A DNA stretch of 64,000 nucleotides from Vicinamibacteria bacterium (GTDB taxonomy: Bacteria; Acidobacteriota; Vicinamibacteria; Marinacidobacterales; Marinacidobacteraceae), in NCBI GenBank assembly GCA_963555995.3, contig OY821641.1:32001-96000 (forward strand), in the 5' to 3' direction. Of the stretch, positions 27,415 through 37,521 are shown piece by piece. Position 1 is the first letter of the stretch, and each line of letters starts with the position of its first letter. The notes below the pieces were generated by a model. It was not told the DNA's origin. It saw only the letters and a program-made list of their open reading frames with translations, and did no database searches. Both the position numbers and the translations under genes were made by a program.

Positions 27415-27737
27415 TCATGGAGCTGGCCTTTCCGGCGAGCACCGCCCGCGATCGTCGCAGACGAGATGCACCGGATCGCAGCCGGGCGCCTCGGCGCGGA
27501 GGTGCAGTTCGTCGAACCAGCCGAGGGTCATCGTCTGGGCGATGCCTTGCCGCGTGAAAAGTGCGCGCCGGCGGAGGAGGTGACCTCGTCCCAGTCGCCG
27601 AGGCGCCCGAAGAACCGGTAGGTCTCCCCCGTACTCGCCGGCAGGCTCGCGGCTATCAGGGCGATAGCCCCCAACGGCCAGCGGCGCCGGCGCGCGTGGC
27701 CGGACGCCGACCGATTGCGGAGGCCGCTACCTGACAT
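27415..27737 (-). pseudogene. Deletion remnant: matrixin-paralog N-terminus joined out of frame to lipoprotein-paralog C-terminus
   Basis: Signal peptide + YRFFG from ATG 27737. A second frame gives AQTMTLGWFDELHLRAEAPGCDPVHLVCDDRGRC, similar to the end of 27727..28611. Confidence 0.7.
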
Positions 27738-28611
27738 CGCAACTGCCTTCGGCGCAAGAGATCTCGGTGGGGTCGCACCCCGGAGACTGAGCGGTGAGGC
27801 GAAGCGGCTCGAAGTGCGCCAGCGCGAGGGTCTGCCGCAGCGAGCCTCCGACTTCGGCGAGTCGCGTGCCAAGCATGAATCCCGACGGCAGCGCCGTGTA
27901 GCGGGAAGGTTCCTCGTCGTTTTCCAGATGTTCGAACGGGATCCGGTAGGGCGTCATCAGCGAGACGTCCAGGTTCGGGTCCGCAACCTCCACCGTGAGA
28001 TCCGCCACGCGGTACTCCCGAATTTCGTCACCGAGGATCGCGGCGACGAATTCTCCGGCAGCTCCGGCGCCGGCACGGGCGCGAGCCTGGATTCCCATAT
28101 CTCCACAAGACGCCGAGGTCCTGTCCACCACCGTGAACCGGAGGGGCGTCGGATCGACTGCCAGGACGAATCCGCCGCCGAGCCGCGTGTCGGGGACCTC
28201 CTCCAACCAGAGCGAGTAGGTGGCGTCGGGCTCTTCGACATCGTCGGCCAGCGCGCGGATGTGCACCAGACCCGGAGTGTTCGTTCCTTCCACCCGCACG
28301 TCACCCCCGGCGGTGACCTGGTCCGGCGGGGCGTCATGACGAGCCCGCACCGGAATCCCCGGTGTTTGCCCACCGCCGGTGAAATCCCTGCCGCGACCGT
28401 CGGTCGCGGCCTGAACCGTCACCCTCGTCCCCTCGGAGATACGGATCGTGGTCCCGGGGCGCACGAAGACGCCTCCCAGGTAGATGGGAATGATCTTGTC
28501 CGGCGAAACCGGAGGCGCCGAGGGAGTCGTCGCGGACTCCTGACAACCGGAGAGAAGCATTGCCCCGGCGAGGGCCGCTCCGGCGATGATCCGGTTCGGT
28601 TTCGCGGTCAT
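27727..28611 (-). CDS. Hypothetical lipoprotein
   Basis: Lipobox LSGC; ATGA overlap with the matrixin gene; Cys-rich C-terminus PGCDPTEISCAEGSC. Confidence 0.75.
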   Translation of the reverse strand: MTAKPNRIIAGAALAGAMLLSGCQESATTPSAPPVSPDKIIPIYLGGVFVRPGTTIRISEGTRVTVQAATDGRGRDFTGGGQTPGIPVRARHDAPPDQVTAGGDVRVEGTNTPGLVHIRALADDVEEPDATYSLWLEEVPDTRLGGGFVLAVDPTPLRFTVVDRTSASCGDMGIQARARAGAGAAGEFVAAILGDEIREYRVADLTVEVADPNLDVSLMTPYRIPFEHLENDEEPSRYTALPSGFMLGTRLAEVGGSLRQTLALAHFEPLRLTAQSPGCDPTEISCAEGSCDVR

Positions 28612-29708
28612 GGCGCGCGGCCCGTCCCGACGGTGATTTCCGGGAGGACGGTGAGTTGGCTCCGGTCTGCCGGGACTTGAATCCAGCGCCAGCGATCCAG
28701 GATGTCGAGACTGCCGGACTCCTGCACGGCTTCACGGAACGTGTGCGCTCCGGGAATGGCTACCGGGTGCAACCAGAGCATCACCGGTCCGGGCCGGATC
28801 CCTTCCAGGAGGAACTGGCCGGATTGATCGGTGAATGTCCCGGGGCCAAACCCCGCGGTACCCCGGGAGCCCACGGTCTGGACATAGACGAACGGCGCGG
28901 GATCCCCGTTCTCGAACACGACCCTGCCGCCGAGTGAATTGCGGGACTTGAGGAACCCGGGCGCGGGATAGAGCAGGGAGACCGCGATTTCGTCGTCGGA
29001 GGTGAGGCCCACGAATCCGAAGTCGTTCCCGTAGGACATGTTCGGATGGGGGGCGAACGCACCCACACCCTCCGGCAAGGCGCCCGCCTCGCGTACCCAG
29101 TCCGGCCTTGCCAGGGTTGTCGGCCACATCGGGTTGAGTGTCGAATGGGCGAGCCCGAGGCAGTGGCCCATCTCGTGGATCATCGTGTTCTCCAGGGCGA
29201 TCCAGAACGCGATGTCGGGCAGCTCCGCCTCTCGGAGACTCTCGTAGCGATCCGTGTAGTACGAGGGATTGAACTCGATGTCGCAGCCGACCCAGTCGCC
29301 GCCGTCCCATCGCCAGCGTGCCGTCGCGGCGAACGCGAATTCGTCCTCGTCCTCCGCCGCGACTCCGAACCCGACGGTGTTGATCTGATCGTCGGCCGCC
29401 CGGTCCGCGACCAACGTCTCGTCAGCGACGACGATGGCGATCCGGGCCGTGGGAATGGCGGTCCAGTGCGCGAAGGCTCGCTCGATGAGCTCCCTCCACG
29501 TGGCAGCGGTCAGTCCCGGTACCGGCGGCAAATGCTCGTTTTCCAGGATCCGGAAGCGGAGCGGGAAATCCTCCGGCTCCCAGCGGTACGCCTCCCAGGA
29601 GGGCACGACTCCGAGCCGGCCCCCACCGAAGAAGTGGTACCCCACCGCCGGCCCGGCGAGCAGAAGCGCGAGGATCGCGAGATGCGCGAGGCGCTGCTCG
29701 TGTCTCAT
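28608..29708 (-). CDS. Matrixin-family (metzincin) secreted metalloprotease
   Basis: HEMGHCLGLAH zinc motif; Met-turn PNMSY; signal peptide; C-terminal GRVV..TDQSGQFLLEGI carboxypeptidase-regulatory-like domain. Confidence 0.88.
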   Translation of the reverse strand: MRHEQRLAHLAILALLLAGPAVGYHFFGGGRLGVVPSWEAYRWEPEDFPLRFRILENEHLPPVPGLTAATWRELIERAFAHWTAIPTARIAIVVADETLVADRAADDQINTVGFGVAAEDEDEFAFAATARWRWDGGDWVGCDIEFNPSYYTDRYESLREAELPDIAFWIALENTMIHEMGHCLGLAHSTLNPMWPTTLARPDWVREAGALPEGVGAFAPHPNMSYGNDFGFVGLTSDDEIAVSLLYPAPGFLKSRNSLGGRVVFENGDPAPFVYVQTVGSRGTAGFGPGTFTDQSGQFLLEGIRPGPVMLWLHPVAIPGAHTFREAVQESGSLDILDRWRWIQVPADRSQLTVLPEITVGTGRAP

Positions 29709-29851
29709 TCCCTTCCGCCCGGCTGGCAAGAAAGGATCGTGCCATATTGGCGCAGGGCTCGAGCGTGGTGCCACCGGGCGCCCGGCGTGAACGCCGGCCA
29801 CGATCATCGGCGTCTCGGCAGGGGTGTTTGCGCCCAGTCCGGTGGCTTCGC

Positions 29852-30838
29852 CTACGTTGGGCCGTCGTCGGTCCCGATGCGGCCCAGCCTTGCGAGAAAG
29901 TCGGTCTCGCTCCCGGCGCGCTGCGCGGCCTCCACGACCGCTTCCGGGGAAGCACGGCGCACAACATCGAGAATCCGGTCCGTCGCCGTTTCGATGCCGC
30001 GGCCGCGCAACATCGAGACAGCGGTTTCGGCAATGCCCCGGACTCGACCTTCTGCGATGCCCCGGGCGCGGCCGAGGCCGGCCACCCGCCGCAACTGGGC
30101 ATCGTCCTCCCAACTCGTCCCCTCGCGTTGTCCGAGAGCCCGTCCCACCCGCCAGAGGACCGCTTCGGTTTCCAGCGACATCGCCGGCTCGTTCAAGGCC
30201 TGGTGGATCTCCGCGGCGCGCCAGGTAGGAAACGCCCGGCTTTCGTCCGACTCCCGGTATTCGTCGCCCTCCAGCAGGTAGATCGCGAGCCGCACCGGGC
30301 GGCGCCGGGGCCGGCTCGGGGACGCCCTTTCGGGAACCTCGACCCACACTTCCGGGAATCCCCACTCGCGGTACGCGATCAGCTTCCCGCGCCGCACGTC
30401 GGTGGTGTTGTCCACTTCCAGCACCACATCCGGCAGGTCGTGTTCCCCCACGATCAGGTGCGCCAGCCCCGGGAGCCGCACCCGGTCCGGGTGCAGGATG
30501 ATGGACTGGTCCGCCTGCATGATGTCGGTCAGGGTCCCGTCCGCTTCCCGGATGCGCAGGTCCATGGCCCCGAAGCACTGCGCGCCTGAGCCCCGCGCTT
30601 CGCAGATGCGTTCGACGAGCTGCGCGAGCCGCTGCGCCGGCCGCTCGTGGTAGGGGCTGGTCGGTTCCCGCGCGAGCCACGCCGTCTCCGTCGCTGCCTC
30701 CCAGTACTCGATCCGGCGTCCTTCCCACTTCGGGCCCATGATCTCGGTTTCGGTCACCCGCGCGGGAACGCAACCGGTGAACTCCAGCGCGGAGACCGGC
30801 GTCCGCCGTTTCCGATCCGCGATCGCTACCGAAGGCAC
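29852..30838 (-). CDS. Uma2/DUF820-family PD-(D/E)xK-like protein
   Basis: MQADQS, LPDVVLEVDNTT, KLIAYREWGFPEVWVE. Confidence 0.82.
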   Translation of the reverse strand: MPSVAIADRKRRTPVSALEFTGCVPARVTETEIMGPKWEGRRIEYWEAATETAWLAREPTSPYHERPAQRLAQLVERICEARGSGAQCFGAMDLRIREADGTLTDIMQADQSIILHPDRVRLPGLAHLIVGEHDLPDVVLEVDNTTDVRRGKLIAYREWGFPEVWVEVPERASPSRPRRRPVRLAIYLLEGDEYRESDESRAFPTWRAAEIHQALNEPAMSLETEAVLWRVGRALGQREGTSWEDDAQLRRVAGLGRARGIAEGRVRGIAETAVSMLRGRGIETATDRILDVVRRASPEAVVEAAQRAGSETDFLARLGRIGTDDGPT

Positions 30839-30851
30839 GACCGCATTCTAG

Positions 30852-31021
30852 TGCGGTGTCCCACAAATCCTGCGGTATTCGAGCGGCGATGCATCCCGCC
30901 TGACCGCTTCGCTCGGCGTTCCGAATCCATCGGAATACACTCGGTATTCCTCCGGATTCGCGCCTTGTCAGGCGGGCGCCTCGCCGCTCTCGGTAACTCA
31001 CAGGATTTGCGGGACACCACA
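30852..31021 (-). mobile_element. MITE-like element, variant termini, same structured core as the 179-bp family
   Basis: About 21-bp TIR TGCGGTGTCCCACAAATCCTG / CAGGATTTGCGGGACACCACA; CTAG on both sides; core GGAATACACTCGGTATTCC..CGCGCCTTGTCAG. Confidence 0.8.
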
Positions 31022-31087
31022 CTAGTGGTCGCCGGCCTGGGAGCCCGCGGATCGAGCGGCGTGACGCGTGGCTGCTAACCTTCGCCC

Positions 31088-31699
31088 ATGCCCGTTTCGC
31101 CTCTCGCGTCGGCGATCCGCATCCGGGCGGAACCGCGCGACGTCACGACCTGCCGCTTCGTGGTGGACCGTCCCGTGCTTCCCGGGGGTTCGGTTTACTT
31201 CGATACCGCCGCCGGGGCGGAGAACTCCCCGATGGCGCGGGAACTCCTGAGCATTCCCGGGGTCTCCGGGGTGTTGATCCAGGACAACCTGATCACGGTG
31301 ACGGCGGCGGAGAACCAGGCCAACTGGATGCCGATCGGCCGCGAGGCGGGAAAGCGGATCCGGTCGGTCCTCGAGGGCGCCGAGCCGGCGGTGGACCCCG
31401 AGGTACTCGCCGACCTTCCGGCGCCGGAGGACATCCGGGACCGCGTCCAGGCCGTCCTGCGCGACGAGATCAACCCGGCCGTCGCCTCCCACGGGGGATA
31501 CATAGATCTCGTCGGAGTGGAGCGGAACCAGGTCTTCATCCGCATGGGAGGAGGCTGCCAGGGGTGCGGGATGGCGACGGCTACCCTCCGCCAGGGGGTC
31601 GAGAAGATCCTGCGCCGGGCGGTTCCGGAGATCGGCGCCATTCTGGACACCACGGACCACGCTGCCGGGACGAACCCGTACTACGAGCCAGCTCGGTAG
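31088..31699 (+). CDS. NifU/NfuA-type Fe-S cluster carrier
   Basis: Nfu_N-like N-terminus; INPAVASHGG; GGGCQGC; DTTDHAAGTNPYY. Confidence 0.9.
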   Translation: MPVSPLASAIRIRAEPRDVTTCRFVVDRPVLPGGSVYFDTAAGAENSPMARELLSIPGVSGVLIQDNLITVTAAENQANWMPIGREAGKRIRSVLEGAEPAVDPEVLADLPAPEDIRDRVQAVLRDEINPAVASHGGYIDLVGVERNQVFIRMGGGCQGCGMATATLRQGVEKILRRAVPEIGAILDTTDHAAGTNPYYEPAR

Positions 31700-31748
31700 A
31701 AGGCGAGGGGTCCCGCCCAGCGCGGGCGCCGGGACGAGACACCCCATC

Positions 31749-34010
31749 GTGACTTCGCGCAGACGATCTCCGGTCCGTGAGCGCCTCGGAAGCCCGCTCC
31801 TGCTCCTGGCCCTGATCCTTCCCGCTCTGGCCGAAGGCGCACCGGTCCAGTTCGGCCAGCAGCGGAATCGCGAGCAGCGGGAAGCGCCGCCCGTGGCGTG
31901 GAGCCACGATCCGCCGCCGGCGGGCACCATGATCACGCGCGCCGAACACGTGACCCGCGAGGGCTCCCACGTCGTCCTCGATGGCTACGCGCAGGTGGCC
32001 TACGAAGGACTCCGGATCCAGGCCGACCGCATCGAGATCAACGAGGAGGAGCTGAGCGTTCGGGCGGAGGGCAACGTCGTCTTCGAACGGCGTGACGAGA
32101 AGATCGTCGCCGAGTCCATGGAAGGCAGCCTCGAGGATGGGACGGCGGTCTTCAGGAACGCCCGGGGAATCCTCGGGCAGGACTTTCATTTCGTCGCCGA
32201 GACCCTCGAGGAACTCGACGACGGGGCGTTCGCGATCGAGCGGGGAGCGTTCACCACCTGCGCCCAGCCGAATCCGCGCTGGAAGTTCACCGCGACCCGC
32301 GCCGTCGTCCGGCCGGAGAAACATGTGTGGCTGCGCAACGTCGCGTTTCGGGTCAAGGACCTGCCGGTGAGCTACTTCCCGGCGCTCTACTACCCCCTCG
32401 AGGAGGACGGCCGGCAGACCGGCTTCCTCATCCCGCGCTACAGCAACTCGGACCTCCGGGGACACCTCATCAGCCAGGGTTTCTACTGGGCCATCAACCG
32501 CTCGATGGACGCGACGTTCAGCGTGGACCACTTCACGGTGGCGGGCACCGGTCTCGGCATGGAGTACCGCTATCGCGGGAACAGCGGTTCGCGGGGCGAA
32601 GCCGAAGGGTTCCTCATCAACGACAAGACCACCGAGAACCGGGAGTACTCGCTCAGCTTCAACGTGGCGCAGCGGCTGCCGGCGCGATTCCGTTTCAGCG
32701 CGGCCGGCGACATGTTCTCGAGCTTCGACTTCAGCCGGCGTTTCCAGGATTCCTTCTCGCGCTCCACCCGGCGGTTCCAGCGCGCCAAGGTGGACCTCAG
32801 CGGCCAGCTCTTCCGTCACCGCCTCAAGTTCAAGATTGATCGCAAGGACACCCAGTACACGTCCCGGAGCAGCCGCCGGCAGACGATGCCTTCGTTCTCG
32901 ATCACCCGGCGGAACCTGAACCTGCTGGGGCAGTTCGTCCAGCTCGGTTACGAGGCCAACTACGTGCGCGTGGGCCGCTCGCGCCGGGATGACTTCCAGG
33001 AGTGGAACCGGCTCTTCGTGGGGCCGACCCTGGGCCTCTCGCTTCCCGAGATCCCGTTCCTGCAACTGCGGGCGGAGATTGACGCGGGGTATCTGCGCTA
33101 CGGCGGTTCGATAGACCCTGAGACGGACGACTTCAATCCGGAGCTGGGACTGAGCCGGCGGTTCTACGGCACGTCCCTGCAACTGTCCGGTCCCAAGTTC
33201 GAACGTATCTTCGACACCGCGGGCAACTTCTACGCCGCCCGCTTCAAGCACCTGATCGAGCCGGAAGCCAACTGGGAGTACCGCAAGAGCGACGACAAGG
33301 ACGACTACGTCAACCGCTTCGACCGCTACGACAGCTCCACGCAGACGAACCAGATCAGCTTCGGGCTGGTGAACCGCGTGCTCGCCAAGCGCTACCGGGA
33401 TGGCGTCGAGGAATCGTCGGCGACCGACGTCATTACCTGGCGCATCCAGCAGAGTTGGTACTTCGACCCGGAGGCGGGCGCGTACGACTCCCGCTACGTG
33501 TCCTCTTCCTTCGAGGAGAGCGAAGTGGAGATACGGAAGTCCCCCATCCGCTCGGACTTCCGCTTCACTCCGGACCAGAGCGTGAACGGCGACTGGACCA
33601 TGGAGTGGGATCCGGACGAGCGGCTCTTCACCTCCATCCGCACCGGGTTGCGCGTCGGGGACCGGCTCTCCAACCGAAGGTTCAACTTCAACTGGTCCCG
33701 CCGCGCGCGCCGGGTCGGCGGGCCGGACAGCGAAGAAGTGGACGCGAAGAGCTATCTCCGCGCCGGCACCGACTTCTTCCCGACCGAAGTCGTTCGCACC
33801 GGTTTCGACGTCAACTACGACATCACCGAGCGGCGATTGTCCAACGTCCGGCTGCGCGCCGATCTCCTGTTCCAGTGTTGCGGGCTGAACGTGGAGTGGA
33901 TCCGCTACAACCTCGTGAGCCGGAGCGAGAACATCTTCCACTTCAGCATCACCCTCGGCGGCCTCACCAGCTTCGGTTTCGGCTCCGGTGGCCGCGACAG
34001 CTACTACTGA
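31749..34010 (+). CDS. lptD: LPS-assembly outer membrane protein LptD
   Basis: OstA-like N-terminus, FTTC, RQTGFLIP, FYWAINRSMDAT, beta-barrel with QCCG. Confidence 0.85.
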   Translation: MTSRRRSPVRERLGSPLLLLALILPALAEGAPVQFGQQRNREQREAPPVAWSHDPPPAGTMITRAEHVTREGSHVVLDGYAQVAYEGLRIQADRIEINEEELSVRAEGNVVFERRDEKIVAESMEGSLEDGTAVFRNARGILGQDFHFVAETLEELDDGAFAIERGAFTTCAQPNPRWKFTATRAVVRPEKHVWLRNVAFRVKDLPVSYFPALYYPLEEDGRQTGFLIPRYSNSDLRGHLISQGFYWAINRSMDATFSVDHFTVAGTGLGMEYRYRGNSGSRGEAEGFLINDKTTENREYSLSFNVAQRLPARFRFSAAGDMFSSFDFSRRFQDSFSRSTRRFQRAKVDLSGQLFRHRLKFKIDRKDTQYTSRSSRRQTMPSFSITRRNLNLLGQFVQLGYEANYVRVGRSRRDDFQEWNRLFVGPTLGLSLPEIPFLQLRAEIDAGYLRYGGSIDPETDDFNPELGLSRRFYGTSLQLSGPKFERIFDTAGNFYAARFKHLIEPEANWEYRKSDDKDDYVNRFDRYDSSTQTNQISFGLVNRVLAKRYRDGVEESSATDVITWRIQQSWYFDPEAGAYDSRYVSSSFEESEVEIRKSPIRSDFRFTPDQSVNGDWTMEWDPDERLFTSIRTGLRVGDRLSNRRFNFNWSRRARRVGGPDSEEVDAKSYLRAGTDFFPTEVVRTGFDVNYDITERRLSNVRLRADLLFQCCGLNVEWIRYNLVSRSENIFHFSITLGGLTSFGFGSGGRDSYY

Positions 34011-34100
34011 TGCGTGCACAGCCGGCTCCGGAGGTCGGCCCGGTTGGTGTGAGAATGCCGCCTGGGCGAAAGGTCCACCAGCGCACGTTGCACTGCCGGT

Positions 34101-34265
34101 TGGGAGCGCCGGTCTTCAGACCGGCACGCGCTGCGCCGCAGCGCAGCGCACGGCACGACGCTTACCTGCGTGGTGGCGTTCCGCTCCTGGTTCATCACCG
34201 CGAACTGCAACACGACATCCGCGGGCCTTCGGCCCGCTGTGCCGGTCTGAAGACCGGCGCTCCCA
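34101..34265. repeat. REPIN-like element, variant palindrome
   Basis: TGGGAGCGCCGGTCTTCAGACCGGCAC ... GTGCCGGTCTGAAGACCGGCGCTCCCA; interior aligns with the 3648/22001/61316 copies. Confidence 0.88.
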
Positions 34266-34326
34266 GCGGTGTTCCGAGACCGAGCGCCGCCACAGTGGTG
34301 AACTTCATTCCCGCGCATAACCGACC

Positions 34327-35049
34327 GTGGTTTCCCTGCTCGCGCTGAACGGCGTCCTCGCCTTCCTGGGCTGGCGGCTCCGGACCGTGACCGGCGCCGG
34401 TGCGCTCGCCGGATTCGTGGTCGGCGCCGCGGTCGTCCTGAGCCTGGGCGGGCCCGGGTACGGAGTGCTGCTCCTCTACTTCGCGCTCGGCGTCCTCGCG
34501 ACCCGGATCGGCTGGACGCGCAAACGGGCTCTCGGGATCGCGGAGGCCCGGGGCGGCGCGCGCGGACCACGGCAGGTGGCCGCGAACGGTGGACCGCCGG
34601 TGCTCTTCTGCCTTCTCGCCGGTCTCTTCCCGGTTTCCTGGGGCGCGCCCGCCGCTGCCGCGTTCGTCGGGTCGCTCGCCACCGCCGCCGCCGACACGGT
34701 CTCTTCGGAAGTGGGGAAATTCCTGGGAGGGACGGTTCGGCGGCTCCCCGGCCTCTCCCGGGCGCCGGCCGGGACGCCCGGTGGGGTCAGCTTCGGAGGT
34801 TCGGCCGCGGGGCTCCTCGCCTCCTTCGCGATCTGCGGCGCCGCCGCGGGGGGCGGGCTGATCCCGCCGGCATGGTTCCTGCCGGTGGCCGCCGCCGGGT
34901 TCGTGGCCGCCCTTTTCGAAGGTCTGCTCTCCCCGCTCGAGGCCCGCGGGACGCTCGGCAACGACGGAGTCAACGCTGTTTCCGTCTTCGCCGGCGGGCT
35001 CCTGGCGTTCGGGTGGGGATGGCTCGCGAGTGGGGGCGCGCCGGCTTGA
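34327..35049 (+). CDS. DUF92 (TMEM19/VTE6-like) membrane protein
   Basis: GGARGPRQVAANG, ATAAADTVSSEVG, GTPGGVS..GS, NDGVN. Confidence 0.88.
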   Translation: MVSLLALNGVLAFLGWRLRTVTGAGALAGFVVGAAVVLSLGGPGYGVLLLYFALGVLATRIGWTRKRALGIAEARGGARGPRQVAANGGPPVLFCLLAGLFPVSWGAPAAAAFVGSLATAAADTVSSEVGKFLGGTVRRLPGLSRAPAGTPGGVSFGGSAAGLLASFAICGAAAGGGLIPPAWFLPVAAAGFVAALFEGLLSPLEARGTLGNDGVNAVSVFAGGLLAFGWGWLASGGAPA

Positions 35050-35960
35050 TCCGGTCCTTGACGCGGCGTCTCGGGCTCTACCGCGAATTCTCGCGGCCGT
35101 TCACCCTGCTGCCCCCCCTGATCGGTTTCCTCAGTGGGAGCGTCACCGCGTTCGGCGCGCCGCCCGCCCTCGAGACCGTCCCCTGGATCTATCCCGTCCT
35201 GGGGGCGGTCATGGCCGCCACCCTGAACGCGGCGAGCAACGCCCTGAACCAGATCTGCGACCTCGGGATCGATCGCATCACCAAACCGGACCGGCCGCTG
35301 CCTTCCGGGCGGCTGGGCCTCGCGGAAGCATGGTGGTTCACGGCGGTGTGCTGGGCCGGGTCGCTGGTCGCGGCGTGGTTCGTGAGTCCCGGCGGCCGGC
35401 GCGAGTGCTTCTGGATCGTCGTGGTGGCGAGCGTCTTCGTCTGGATGTACTCCGCGCCGCCGCTCAGGACGAAGCGGCTCGGCATGCTGGCGAACCTGAC
35501 GGTCGCCGTTCCCCGCGGGCTACTGCTCAAGGTGGCCGGCTGGTCGGCGCTCAAGTCGGTACTCGATCCCGAACCCTGGTTCATCGGGCTCATCTTCGGC
35601 CTGTTCCTGCTCGGCGCCACCACCACCAAGGACTTCTCCGACATCGCCGGAGACCGTGCGGGAGGCTGCCGGACGCTCCCGGTGGTGCACGGTCCGCGGG
35701 GCGCGGCCTGGCGGATCGCCCCGTTCTTCGTCCTGCCCTTCGTGCTGATTCCCGTGGGGGTCCGCACCGGTCTGCTGACCGGCAATCCCGTGCTGCTGGA
35801 CGCGCTCGGCGTCACGCTGGTGCTCTACGGGGCCTTCACGGCGTGGCTCATGCTGCGCCGTCCCGACGAGCTGGCGACCTGCAACCACGTGTCCTGGCGG
35901 CACATGTACCTGATGATGATGGTCGCCCAGCTCGGGTTCGCGGCCGCGTATCTCGTCTGA
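35046..35960 (+). CDS. UbiA-family prenyltransferase (DGGGP synthase/chlorophyll synthase-like motifs)
   Basis: RPFT, NALNQICDLGIDRITKPDRPLPSG, YSAPPLR, KDFSDIAGDRAGGCRTLPV; TTGA overlap with the DUF92 gene. Confidence 0.88.
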   Translation: MIRSLTRRLGLYREFSRPFTLLPPLIGFLSGSVTAFGAPPALETVPWIYPVLGAVMAATLNAASNALNQICDLGIDRITKPDRPLPSGRLGLAEAWWFTAVCWAGSLVAAWFVSPGGRRECFWIVVVASVFVWMYSAPPLRTKRLGMLANLTVAVPRGLLLKVAGWSALKSVLDPEPWFIGLIFGLFLLGATTTKDFSDIAGDRAGGCRTLPVVHGPRGAAWRIAPFFVLPFVLIPVGVRTGLLTGNPVLLDALGVTLVLYGAFTAWLMLRRPDELATCNHVSWRHMYLMMMVAQLGFAAAYLV

Positions 35961-36014
35961 GCCGGGGCGCTCATCTCGCCCGGGGAGGGGCGGCGGTCCT
36001 ATACTGGCGCTCCC

Positions 36015-37334
36015 GTGAGCCAAACGTTTTCCCGCCGCAACCTGGGTCCCGGCCTCGCCGAACGGGACCCCGAAATCGCCGCCGCCATCCATGCCGAGGA
36101 GATCCGCCAGTCGGAGGGTCTCGAACTGATCGCGTCCGAGAACTTCGCGAGCGACGCGGTCATGGAAGCCACCGGTTCGGTGATGACCAACAAGTACGCC
36201 GAGGGGTACCCCGGCCGGCGCTACTACGGGGGCTGCATCCACGTGGACGAGGCGGAACGGCTGGCCCGCAACCGGGCCAAGGAACTCTTCGGTTCCCGGT
36301 TTGCGAACGTCCAGCCCCACAGCGGGTCCCAGGCCAACATGGTCGCCTACCAGGCGATCCTGGAACCGGGCGACACCTTCCTCGGCATGGCCCTCGACCA
36401 GGGTGGACACCTCACCCACGGCCACCCGCTGAACTTCTCGGGCCAGTTCTACCACCCCGTCGCCTACGGGGTGCGGCGGGAGGACGAACGCCTCGACCTC
36501 GACCAGTTGGCGCGGCTCGCCCGGGAACACCGGCCCAAGATGATCATGGTGGGCGCGAGCGCGTATCCGCGCCTCTATCCGAGCGCGGAAATCCGGCAGA
36601 TCGCGGACGAGGTCGGAGCGAAGGTGGTCACCGACATCGCGCACGTGGCCGGCCTGGTCGCGGGCGGCGCCATCCCGAGTCCGGTGCCCCATTCGGACGT
36701 CGTCACCACCACCACGCACAAGACGCTGCGGGGGCCGCGCGGGGGGCTCATTCTCTGGAACGAGAAGGCGTACGGAAAGGCGCTCAACCGGATCACCTTC
36801 CCGGGGATCCAGGGCGGGCCGATGATGCACACGATCGCCGCCAAGGCGGTGTGCTTCCGGGAGGCGCTCGATCCGTCCTTCGCCGAGTACGCGCGCCAGA
36901 TCGTGATGAACGCCAGGGCGCTTGCCGAGGCGCTCATGGGGCTGGGGTTCCGGCTGGTTTCCGGGGGGACCGACAACCACCTCGTGCTGGTGGACGTGGG
37001 CGCCCGGGGGATCACCGGCCGCGACGCCGAAGTGGCCATGGAGACCGCGGGGATCACCGCGAACAAGAACACCATCCCCTTCGACCCCGAGAAGCCCATG
37101 ATCGCGAGCGGCATCCGGCTGGGGACGGCGGCGCTCACCACCCGGGGAATGCGGGAGCGCGAGATGGCCGAGGTCGCGCGGCTGATGGACGCGGCGCTCC
37201 GGTCGGCGGGGGATGAGGCGGGGCTCGCCCGGATCGCCGCCGAGGTCGCCGAGCTGGCCTCCGGGTTCCCGCTGTACGTAACAGCCTGTGGCGAAACCCT
37301 CGCGAGCGCCGAGAGCGGTGAGGCGCCCGGTTGA
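36015..37334 (+). CDS. glyA: Serine hydroxymethyltransferase
   Basis: [44 protein letters not shown]. Confidence 0.97.
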   Translation: MSQTFSRRNLGPGLAERDPEIAAAIHAEEIRQSEGLELIASENFASDAVMEATGSVMTNKYAEGYPGRRYYGGCIHVDEAERLARNRAKELFGSRFANVQPHSGSQANMVAYQAILEPGDTFLGMALDQGGHLTHGHPLNFSGQFYHPVAYGVRREDERLDLDQLARLAREHRPKMIMVGASAYPRLYPSAEIRQIADEVGAKVVTDIAHVAGLVAGGAIPSPVPHSDVVTTTTHKTLRGPRGGLILWNEKAYGKALNRITFPGIQGGPMMHTIAAKAVCFREALDPSFAEYARQIVMNARALAEALMGLGFRLVSGGTDNHLVLVDVGARGITGRDAEVAMETAGITANKNTIPFDPEKPMIASGIRLGTAALTTRGMREREMAEVARLMDAALRSAGDEAGLARIAAEVAELASGFPLYVTACGETLASAESGEAPG

Positions 37335-37460
37335 CAAGGCGCGTGAGGGAGGAATACCGGGTGTATTCCGACCGATGCGCAACGATGAGCGCCGCGAAGC
37401 GGGGCGGTTCAGCCGGGATGCATCGCCGCTCGAACGCCGCGAGGGTTTTGGCACAGGCTG
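37282..37460 (+). mobile_element. 179-bp MITE-like element overlapping the glyA 3' end
   Basis: CAGCCTGTG...CACAGGCTG termini; core GACAAGGCGCGTGAGGGAGGAATACCGGGTGTATTCC. Confidence 0.85.
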
Positions 37461-37521
37461 TTGACGTCGGCGGCGTGAACGGCGGGAGCGCCGGCCGGCC
37501 GCCGGCGGGGGCGCGCCGGGA

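Noticed and set aside
28608-31022. 804-aa ORF as one protein
   Set aside because: Only the part from ATG 29708 is the matrixin. The upstream part overlaps the Uma2 gene in another frame and a MITE.
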